DNA from: Candidatus Hermodarchaeota archaeon
GTDB taxonomy: Archaea; Asgardarchaeota; Hermodarchaeia; Hermodarchaeales; Hermodarchaeaceae
Length of the DNA: 13,409 nt
Assembly (NCBI GenBank): GCA_016839805.1
Contig: JAEOTO010000026.1
Span: forward strand, 1-13,409
Reading direction: 5' to 3'
In this document: positions 1-6,372 of the stretch, in pieces
Position numbering within the stretch: the stretch's first letter is position 1
Layout of the letters: every line of letters begins with the position of its first letter
Position numbers and translations under genes: made by a program
Notes under the pieces: model-generated
Seen by the model: only the letters and a program-made list of their open reading frames with translations
Told to the model about the DNA's origin: nothing
The model's database searches: none

Positions 1-345
1 AGGGCCTGGGCCTTTGTCTCAGTGCCCATCTCCCGGTTCCCGCTTTCACGGCCGGTACTGATCGATGGCTTGGTGGGCCGTTACCCCACCAACAACCTAA
101 TCAGCCGCTGACCCATCCTCAGGCGCGTACTCCACATGCGGAGCTGGCTTTGGACGGCAAACCATTCCAGGCAGTGCCGTCTATCGGGGATTAGCCCCAG
201 TTTCCCGGGGTTGTCCCCGTCCGGAGGGTAGGTTGTCAACGTGTTACTGAGCGGTTCGCTACTCCTGAACATAGTTACAGGCGTGCAACTTGCATATCTT
301 AGTCTCATCCCTATAGCAGTCGGGTCTGGCAGGATCAACCAGTGT
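1..345 (-). rRNA. rrs: 16S (SSU) rRNA, 5' portion; continues beyond the window start
   Basis: Reverse complement reads ACACTGGTTGATCCTGCCAGACCCGACTGCTAT...GCTCAGTAACACGT...CCCCGGGAAACTGGGGCTAATCCCCGATAG...GGTGGGGTAACGGCCCACCAAGCC...ACTGAGACAAAGGCCCAGGCCCT, all archaeal 16S hallmarks. 5' end placed by analogy to ATTCCGGTTGATCC (+/- a few nt). Confidence 0.98.
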
Positions 346-680
346 TTGGGTTGGTCGCAGTGAGTGGTATGGAATCCGATTCCCTGTTGAAGGGAATGGA
401 TTGGCGGTGGGTGTGAGTGGGTGCACTAGTTCGGAAATTTTGTGTTGCCTGTCAGTTGAGGTGGACGTATCTTCGACCCAAGAGTCCAGGGCCCAGGTGG
501 GCTTGCTGGTTTGCTCGGGCCAGCATCTGGTGTTCCGCAGCGTGAAAACAATCCCTCATAGACAAGGCAATCAATGCCCGTTGCTCAGGATTACTATGCC
601 AGTGAAGGCTGCGGTGACGGAGGTGTTGTTTGCCCCGTTGCTGTAAGAAGCGAGTATGAGGCAACCAATCTCGCGCCAAG
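346..680 (-). other. pre-16S rRNA leader (5' ETS)
   Basis: Non-coding interval between the TATA box and the mature 16S 5' end, with several hairpins (e.g. 373-402, 504-525). The upstream boundary is inferred from TATA spacing. Confidence 0.65.
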
Positions 681-702
681 ATAGCTTAAGGATGTTCAGG
701 GG

Positions 703-710
703 TTTAAAAA
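703..710 (-). promoter_or_regulatory. TATA box of the rRNA promoter
   Basis: TTTTTAAA on the minus strand just downstream of the 724..1632 stop codon; similar TTTTTAA-C-rich context occurs before tRNA-Ala and tRNA-Glu. Confidence 0.65.
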
Positions 711-723
711 TGTGTCGGGTTCC

Positions 724-1632
724 TTAGGAAAACAGCATCAATAAGAGGAGAAGCAAGGTGGCAAGTAAGGCGACGTTGGTGATAATGATGGTGGTGAGGG
801 CGGCTTTACGCATGGCAATCCGTTTGGTATGGATTACGGCTTGGGTGTAAATCCAAAGCGTCCAGGTGAGGCAGAGGAAGAGAAACAGAAACGTCACTAA
901 GGGGAAGCTGGCAAAGAAGGGGGCGCCAATCAGGCGAATGAGGGCATAGAGACCGATGGGCAGCCAGGCATAGACAGTGGCGGCAAAGAGGGGACGCATG
1001 CCTTGCTCAGTCGGGTAGCGAAACCGGGTGATGCCTTCGGTGGCTACGGTGACAAGGAGCCACGAACCAAGGAAGCTGAGGGCTGGAAGATAGATGGATA
1101 CTAGGTAAAGGTCCAGGGGCAGGAATCCGATTAAAAAGAGGGGGACCAGGGTAAAGAGATAGGCAATGGCGGCGAGGGTAATGAGGGATTCAAAGATGAG
1201 GTGGTCGGATCGGTTGTTTAAATATCGGAATAAGGGTGCGAAGCCGAGGTAGTAAGTGAGTTGTCGGAGACGAGGATGTTGGACTGTTGGGCTAGGGGGG
1301 GCGGTGCTTGGCGTAATATCTGTGGCTTGGTTGAGGAACGTAGCGGCTAGGCGTCCGAGGGCTGTGATTTGGTAGATGCGTTCTTTGCTTTGGGTGAGTA
1401 GGGGGGCATCTGCGGTCATGAGTTGTTCAAGATGAAAATAGAGGGTGCCGGGTTCGATGTGGAAGGCATCCCGGAGGTCACTGTAGCTGGCTTCTCCACG
1501 TTCGTTGACAAAGCGGATGAGTTTTCGCCGAAGAGGGTGTCCCAGATTCCGGAACAAGACGGCTTCAGCTGGCGTTTCCTTCTCGGCGTCAGTAAATACG
1601 GGTGTTGCAGGCGGCGGGTTCTTGGATGCCAT
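724..1632 (-). CDS. ArsR-like winged-HTH domain fused to a multi-pass (Yip1-like) membrane domain; putative membrane-bound transcription regulator
   Basis: N-terminal LGHPLRRKLIRFV...SYSDLRDAFHIEPGTLYFHLEQL...YQITALG is a typical ArsR/HTH_20 pattern. A Pro/Thr linker is followed by ~5 hydrophobic helices ending W..WIYTQAV..TKRIAMRKAA, resembling Yip1/DUF1282. Confidence 0.8.
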   Translation of the reverse strand: MASKNPPPATPVFTDAEKETPAEAVLFRNLGHPLRRKLIRFVNERGEASYSDLRDAFHIEPGTLYFHLEQLMTADAPLLTQSKERIYQITALGRLAATFLNQATDITPSTAPPSPTVQHPRLRQLTYYLGFAPLFRYLNNRSDHLIFESLITLAAIAYLFTLVPLFLIGFLPLDLYLVSIYLPALSFLGSWLLVTVATEGITRFRYPTEQGMRPLFAATVYAWLPIGLYALIRLIGAPFFASFPLVTFLFLFLCLTWTLWIYTQAVIHTKRIAMRKAALTTIIITNVALLATLLLLLLMLFS

Positions 1633-1720
1633 GGCTTGAAGGTATAAATTCGAGTTAAAATTGTTGTGGATTTTGAGTTCGAGTGGGGTCGAACTCCCCT
1701 GTTTCTATAATGATAGAACT

Positions 1721-1732
1721 GAAAGTATATAT
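1721..1732 (+). promoter_or_regulatory. BRE + TATA box for the surface-protein gene
   Basis: GAAAG-TATATAT upstream of the 1794/1806 start. Confidence 0.6.
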
Positions 1733-1793
1733 GTTCATTTAATCTAACGATGGATAACGCAAATTTACTGCGCAAATAACAAATACCACAAAA

Positions 1794-2762
1794 GTGATTA
1801 AAAAAATGAGAACAACACTCCTTTCACGGGCAACACTCGGGCTCACAGTCATAGCCATCAGTCTTCTGATGGTATCCAGTATACCTGTGATGGCTGCGAC
1901 CAACGGTCAGGGCATTCAATACCAATATGATTCACCAATGAAACAAGTAACTCTGACAACTCCTGCCATCGTCGTTCGGGTTTCCGCTGGTGAGAATGTA
2001 CCCCACTTCATGTTCTGGGACCCCACATTCATTGATCCAAATACCCGATTGACCTATCATGTGCAATTCTTTCAACTTATCGAATTCAACGACACCAATG
2101 ACGATGGAACCTATACCAACGGCACCGACCATGTAGTCGCCCCAATCCTGGGACTAGGACGCGTCATGTGGGCCTTTAGTGGCTTCGAAACCGAACAAGA
2201 CGGTCCCACCGTAACCGCCGTCCACTTTAACTATACTCTCGCAGATGTTCAAGGTCCAGGGTATCCAGACCTGTATATGGAATTACGCTGTCACATCAAC
2301 ACGACGAATAACAATCAACTCAAATTCGACATTGTAATTTCTGGTTGGCCTTGGACACACGATGACACCTTTCTTGCACTTCGCTGGGATCTGATGGTGC
2401 AAAGTCCCGGCACACACTCCTATCGCCACGCCTATCAACATCGCTACGAAAACAACACCTACTCCTTTGAAGGGGCGTTCTTCCAGTACAAACGCTCAGC
2501 AAACGTTGGCAATGATACGACCCAAGTAACAAGCAACTACGAAGATCATCCGGAAAAAACCGTGTTCTACCTCGTTTATCCCAACTTCGGCAATGAACTC
2601 CTGGTTCACGATCCAATTGTTGGGTTAGACGGGTCCTTAATCCCACCAAACAACATTCTCCCCCTTCTCATCGTAATTGGGGCAGGCGCACTAGCCTGTG
2701 TTGTTATCGCCGCAACCATCTGGATTCGACGGCGAAATGTCACACCTATTCCTCCCGAATAG
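1794..2762 (+). CDS. Secreted beta-rich glycoprotein with a C-terminal membrane anchor (type I membrane protein), function unknown; start may be ATG 1806
   Basis: Signal peptide (RATLGLTVIAISLLMVSSIPVMA/A), several N-x-T sequons (NDT, NGT, NYT, NTT, NNT), C-terminal TM ILPLLIVIGAGALACVVIAATIWI followed by RRR. Confidence 0.85.
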   Translation: MIKKMRTTLLSRATLGLTVIAISLLMVSSIPVMAATNGQGIQYQYDSPMKQVTLTTPAIVVRVSAGENVPHFMFWDPTFIDPNTRLTYHVQFFQLIEFNDTNDDGTYTNGTDHVVAPILGLGRVMWAFSGFETEQDGPTVTAVHFNYTLADVQGPGYPDLYMELRCHINTTNNNQLKFDIVISGWPWTHDDTFLALRWDLMVQSPGTHSYRHAYQHRYENNTYSFEGAFFQYKRSANVGNDTTQVTSNYEDHPEKTVFYLVYPNFGNELLVHDPIVGLDGSLIPPNNILPLLIVIGAGALACVVIAATIWIRRRNVTPIPPE

Positions 2763-2798
2763 CCTTTCAGCTGGGAGGATAGGTTCTTTTCTTTTTTT
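2744..2798 (+). terminator. Stem-loop plus oligo-T terminator
   Basis: ACCTAT-T-CCTCCC (2744-2756) pairs with GGGAGG-ATAGGT (2773-2784), followed by TCTTTTCTTTTTTT; lies between convergent genes. Confidence 0.6.
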
Positions 2799-2818
2799 AA
2801 TAGTGGGATTAATATGGC

Positions 2819-3670
2819 TTATTTGATGGCTTGGGCGAGGAATTGAATGAAGATATTGGTGAAGCGATGGCGACGTGTGAGTTGTTCGAGTTCGTTGACT
2901 TGTTCTTTGAGTCGAGCAATGCGATCGTCCACCCAATGGGAGCCGCGACGGAACCGCATGGCTTCCACGCGGGGGATTTCTTCTTCATACGCTGCTGAAA
3001 GCCGCTTTTTAGCAAAGGAAACCCATTTCGTATCTTGTTCAGTGAAAATGAGGAAGCGGGGGTCGAAGGATTGGACCTTTAGTCGTGCTTCATGCAACAG
3101 GTGGCGTAAATTGCCCCCTGATAACTTGGTTTCAAACCCGATTTCGCCTTCGCGGCGATAATGGGCATCCAAATGGGGTAACCCGTAGGCTCGGCAGATC
3201 GAGTAATCTGGTTCCAATGCAACAAACCGACCTTCCGATTCAAGGTGCCGGGCGAGTTCTCGCAGGCCTTCTTGCTTGAGATCTGCAATTACATGACGGC
3301 TATAGATGAGGTTAAAGGTTTCATCCTTGGGGATTGTGCCTTTCTCCACGACGTCTCCTGCAAAAAAGCGGATGCGAGCTCCATACTCGAATAGCTGTGC
3401 CAACTGGTTTGCACACGCAGTGAGAGCGGGATTGATATCAATCCCAACGACTTCACCTTCTGGCACCTTACTTGCCAATTCTAATGTGGTGCGTCCCACC
3501 CCACATCCAACATCTAAAATGCGCATATCTGGACGAATTTCAAACTCTTCAAAGTAGGTTCCATAATAGGGAACACTCTCCCAGAGATAGTGCGCGAGGG
3601 CCCCTCGAGGGTCTAAAATGCGGTGTACGGCATTCCGAATACGAGGTGACTCCAATCCCGGTAACGTCAC
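2819..3670 (-). CDS. Class I SAM-dependent methyltransferase, substrate unknown
   Basis: Motif I RILDVGCGVG, post-I VVGIDIN, motif II-like ETFNLIYSRHV, motif III-like LESEGRFVALE; GTG start with GGTGA SD upstream. Confidence 0.9.
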   Translation of the reverse strand: MTLPGLESPRIRNAVHRILDPRGALAHYLWESVPYYGTYFEEFEIRPDMRILDVGCGVGRTTLELASKVPEGEVVGIDINPALTACANQLAQLFEYGARIRFFAGDVVEKGTIPKDETFNLIYSRHVIADLKQEGLRELARHLESEGRFVALEPDYSICRAYGLPHLDAHYRREGEIGFETKLSGGNLRHLLHEARLKVQSFDPRFLIFTEQDTKWVSFAKKRLSAAYEEEIPRVEAMRFRRGSHWVDDRIARLKEQVNELEQLTRRHRFTNIFIQFLAQAIK

Positions 3671-3768
3671 GATGATTCACCCAACCGCTTTCTCAATGGT
3701 AACGGCGTCTACACTTAAGATTTCTTCGGCACACGGCTATAAAGCCTTACACTACCCTGGCGTAACAC

Positions 3769-3775
3769 TTTTTAA
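3769..3775 (+). promoter_or_regulatory. TATA box for tRNA-Ala
   Basis: TTTTTAA ~35 nt upstream of the tRNA 5' end. Confidence 0.6.
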
Positions 3776-3809
3776 CCGCCCTGCAGCGCTGAACATCACA
3801 CATCCATGT

Positions 3810-3884
3810 GGGGTGGTAGATCAGCGGTAGATCGCGGGTCTTGCACACCCGAGGCCCCGGGTTCAAATCCCGGCCACTCCACCA
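3810..3884 (+). tRNA. tRNA-Ala(UGC), CCA encoded
   Basis: Acceptor GGGGTGG/CCACTCC with the G3:U70 Ala determinant; D stem GATC/GATC; anticodon arm CGGGT-CT TGC AC-ACCCG; T arm CCGGG-TTCAAAT-CCCGG; ACCA end. Confidence 0.97.
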
Positions 3885-3919
3885 CATCCCCAAAAACCCT
3901 AGACAAACAGTTGCAAAGA

Positions 3920-3926
3920 TTTTTAA
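3920..3926 (+). promoter_or_regulatory. TATA box for the tRNA-Glu/tRNA-Leu transcript
   Basis: CAAAGA-TTTTTAA ~35 nt upstream of tRNA-Glu; tRNA-Leu follows after only 21 nt with no TATA of its own. Confidence 0.6.
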
Positions 3927-3960
3927 CCCACCACAGCCAGCCCTTCCTCACAAATCTCAT

Positions 3961-4038
3961 GCCCTGATAGTGTAGCCAGGTCAATCATCATGGGCTTTCG
4001 CCCCGTGGACCCGGGTTCGAATCCCGGTCAGGGCACCA
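3961..4038 (+). tRNA. tRNA-Glu(UUC), CCA encoded
   Basis: Acceptor GCCCTGA/TCAGGGC; anticodon arm ATGGG-CT TTC GC-CCCGT; T arm CCGGG-TTCGAAT-CCCGG; ACCA end. Confidence 0.96.
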
Positions 4039-4059
4039 CCCCCACCCACAACAACCCAT

Positions 4060-4179
4060 GCGGGAGTAGCTAAGCTTGGCCAAAGGTGCTGGATTTAGGC
4101 TCCAGTCGTGTAGACGTTCCTGGGTTCAAAAGCGGTTTTAACGAGAGTAGAATAGCTGAAATTCCCAGCTCCCGCACCA
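4060..4179 (+). tRNA. tRNA-Leu(UAG) with a 32-nt intron (4131-4162) in the T loop at position 59/60
   Basis: Acceptor GCGGGAG/CTCCCGC-ACCA; anticodon arm CTGGA-TT TAG GC-TCCAG; long variable arm; removing 4131-4162 restores CTGGG-TTCAAAT-CCCAG. Confidence 0.95.
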
Positions 4180-4186
4180 TTTTTTT
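4180..4186 (+). terminator. Oligo-T terminator after tRNA-Leu
   Basis: T7 run immediately after the CCA. Confidence 0.6.
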
Positions 4187-4230
4187 AAGTTGGGAACCGG
4201 AGCTTTCTTTAAATGCCATTTCTTTACTAA

Positions 4231-4695
4231 GTGGTTGGTGGATTGCTGGTGTCGGTGAAGCCCATTGGCGATTTATTGATGGAAATGAAGAAGCGTTACG
4301 ATAAGGACCAGCAGGGGTGGCGGGTGCTCTCGGGGCGAGCAGACCGTGGGTTGTATGATACGTTTATTTTGCACCGGGACCGGCTCTGGCAGATGAAAAC
4401 CGAACCGGTGAATCCCTTTGAAGTCATCGGCGTGGGTAGCGTCCATCGGAGGGTTGATGAGAGTCTGCATAATCGGATTATGCAGGAAGGGAAACCTTTC
4501 TTTTTCCAAATCGCCGCTCCTCAACGGAAGGGGGTTGTCCTGGCCCAAGGGATTCAACGGTACTCTGATGACTCCACGAGTCGACTGCGTATGGTGATGT
4601 CGGATCGTCAAGAAGAACTCGATCGAGAACTCCAGACGGCGGTGCGGTCAATGAGCTTGAAACGCTTCCCCGAACGACACGCTTTGTATGGGTAA
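4231..4695 (+). CDS. Conserved archaeal hypothetical protein; true start probably GTG 4249 or TTG 4243
   Basis: Fills the gap between tRNA-Leu and tRNA-Asn, with TTTAAAT TATA (4208-4214) and a GGTGG SD. The pattern KKRYD...GWRVL.G....G.YD.FI......WQ.KT...NPFEV.GVG recalls an uncharacterised archaeal family (from memory). Confidence 0.75.
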   Translation: MVGGLLVSVKPIGDLLMEMKKRYDKDQQGWRVLSGRADRGLYDTFILHRDRLWQMKTEPVNPFEVIGVGSVHRRVDESLHNRIMQEGKPFFFQIAAPQRKGVVLAQGIQRYSDDSTSRLRMVMSDRQEELDRELQTAVRSMSLKRFPERHALYG

Positions 4696-4716
4696 TTCAT
4701 GGGTAAAAGAGGGAAG

Positions 4717-4825
4717 TGGCGCCGAGGAGCGGATTCGAACCGCTGACCTAGAGGTTAACAGCTTCGGACCGCCACCAACGGATGGTGGATGGGCTCCCGC
4801 TCTTACCGGGCTAAGCCACCTCGGC
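4717..4825 (-). tRNA. tRNA-Asn(GUU) with a 31-nt intron (4763-4793) in the anticodon stem at position 30/31
   Basis: Acceptor GCCGAGG/CCTCGGC-GCCA; T arm AGCGG-TTCGAAT-CCGCT; removing the intron gives anticodon arm GGAGG-CT GTT AA-CCTCT. Confidence 0.95.
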
Positions 4826-4854
4826 ACTTGAGCTTCTGCCCATTTTCATTGCTT

Positions 4855-4870
4855 ATTTTAAACTCTTTCC
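4855..4870 (-). promoter_or_regulatory. BRE + TATA box for tRNA-Asn
   Basis: Minus strand GGAAAGAG-TTTAAAAT, ~30 nt upstream of the tRNA. Confidence 0.6.
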
Positions 4871-4920
4871 ATCCGTTGGATTCAAAGAATAGACTGCAAC
4901 GACCATAACGAGCCAAATAC

Positions 4921-5502
4921 TTAATCTGTAGCATCAGGTCCGAGGGGATGCCAAAGTTCCAAGGCTTTACGTCGTTTCAATTGCCGACGTTGCGTATTCA
5001 AGTACCGGTTCACCGTGGAATGCTCTGCCCCGCGCAGTAAGCGCACAATGGCGTTCACAGCGACTTGCTGACTTTCTACCTCACCTATCACGCTAATGGT
5101 GTTGCCCATGACCGCCACAAAGGTATCTGTGAGTTCTTCGATGTTTCGCCGCGTCTTTCCGCCTTGCCCTATCACCCGACCTTTCAATCGGCGAATCTGA
5201 TTTGGACTGCTTCCGAACTCTTCGAGGTTAATGATTCGAAGGTAGACATCATCATCAAGTAATGCAAAGGCGCGTTGCGGACTAAATCCTCGACCAATCG
5301 CTTGCGTAATGTCACGTGCTTTCCAGACCGCTAAGGGATCTTCGGTTTCCTCCTTCGATTCTAAAATCACAAGCCCATCTGTGCTATCAATGGTGATATC
5401 TGTCGCGGTGATTTGTTCGAGTTGTCGTTTGATTTCTCCATTGGGACCAATTAGCACAGCTATCCGTGCCTTGGGAATACGTAGACGGGCATCGGCTTTC
5501 AT
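4921..5502 (-). CDS. dim2: KH-domain pre-16S rRNA processing protein Dim2/Pno1
   Basis: IPKARIAVLIGPNGE (KH1), AIGRGFSPQRAFALL, KGRVIGQGGKTRRNIEELT (KH2), LLRGAEHSTV; ATGA overlap with rio1. Confidence 0.95.
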   Translation of the reverse strand: MKADARLRIPKARIAVLIGPNGEIKRQLEQITATDITIDSTDGLVILESKEETEDPLAVWKARDITQAIGRGFSPQRAFALLDDDVYLRIINLEEFGSSPNQIRRLKGRVIGQGGKTRRNIEELTDTFVAVMGNTISVIGEVESQQVAVNAIVRLLRGAEHSTVNRYLNTQRRQLKRRKALELWHPLGPDATD

Positions 5503-6269
5503 TTGTAATCACCTCGACGAATCGCTGTGATGGTCTCGTCTAGGTCGAGCCGGGGGATGTCAAAACGGTCGAAGTAGGTGAGGATGTTACGGATATCGCG
5601 TTCAAAGAACATCTCACTGTGCGGGTGGTCCAAGACGACGGCTTGGGAAATATCAATGAGGACCGGTCCCTTCCAGAGCATGACATTGTATTCACTAAGA
5701 TCTGCGTGAACTAATGATGCCTCATGATAGAGCGTGGACACGGCTTTGAGGATTGTTTGACGGGTAGGTTCTGGTTCTTCAGGGGCCTCTTGGTGCATTG
5801 TTGGAGATGGAAACCCCTCTTCACCAATGAATTCCATCACCAAGATGTTTCGTTGTACATGAATCGGCTGGGGAACGCGAACACCAGCATTCTGTGCCCG
5901 TTGAAGATTCTTAAACTCCTTAGATGCCCATGCGGCGATGAGTCCGCTCCGGGCTTTGGGAATTCGCGAAAAGCGGGGATCGCCTTCCAGGTAGAGAGTT
6001 ATGCGTTTGAAGTTGAAAGTGGCTATCCGGTAAATCTTGATTGCCACATCAGTACCGTCGGGTTGAATGGCCCAGTAAACGTTAGCTTCCTTCCCCGTAG
6101 AAATCACGCCATTAACTTCGTCGAGAAGCCCCTTGTTAAACATGTGGTAGAGGGTGAGAAGTGTCTTTGTGTCGAACACCGATTCGATGACTTGACGGTC
6201 CTCTGAGCGTTTAATCCGCATTCGAGCCTTATCAAGACGTTCTTCCAAGCGATCAAGTTTATCAGACAC
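5499..6269 (-). CDS. rio1: RIO1-family atypical kinase/ATPase
   Basis: ISTGKEANVY P-loop, VAIKIYR, W..KEFKNL, LVHADLSEYNV catalytic loop, IDISQAV, RDIRNI; GTG start with a GGAGATGA SD-like sequence. Confidence 0.97.
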   Translation of the reverse strand: MSDKLDRLEERLDKARMRIKRSEDRQVIESVFDTKTLLTLYHMFNKGLLDEVNGVISTGKEANVYWAIQPDGTDVAIKIYRIATFNFKRITLYLEGDPRFSRIPKARSGLIAAWASKEFKNLQRAQNAGVRVPQPIHVQRNILVMEFIGEEGFPSPTMHQEAPEEPEPTRQTILKAVSTLYHEASLVHADLSEYNVMLWKGPVLIDISQAVVLDHPHSEMFFERDIRNILTYFDRFDIPRLDLDETITAIRRGDYK

Positions 6270-6372
6270 TTACTTCATCTCCTGCATGCAACATCGACAT
6301 CATCAACGATTCTGCGAGATGGTTAGCGCTTATCCGCGATTGATAAAGTTTGTCATCCTCTGCAAAGAAAGA

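Noticed and set aside
323-345. Eukaryotic 18S identity suggested by CTGGTTGATCCTGCCAG
   Set aside because: The same variant occurs in other archaea (e.g. Methanosarcinales), and the downstream sequence and flanking genes are archaeal.
81-679. ORFs 81..338, 401..646 and 452..679
   Set aside because: They lie in the 16S rRNA or its leader and have no protein-like features.
420-680. SRP RNA or RNase P RNA in the region upstream of the 16S
   Set aside because: No SRP helix-8 GGAA/AGCA motif and no RNase P GAGGAAAGTCC motif on either strand.
4131-4137. Leu intron start AGCGGTT equals the tRNA-Asn T-stem start
   Set aside because: A 7-nt match is compatible with chance; the two introns share no further similarity.
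3796-4304. ORFs 3796..3984 and 4086..4304
   Set aside because: They overlap well-formed tRNA genes.
3810-4825. Integrated element at a tRNA gene
   Set aside because: No duplicated tRNA 3' end, integrase or transposase was seen in the window.
6262-6305. Possible C/D box sRNA or K-turn (TGATGA...CTGA) over the rio1 start
   Set aside because: No credible D' box, a short guide, and the flanking canonical stem cannot form.
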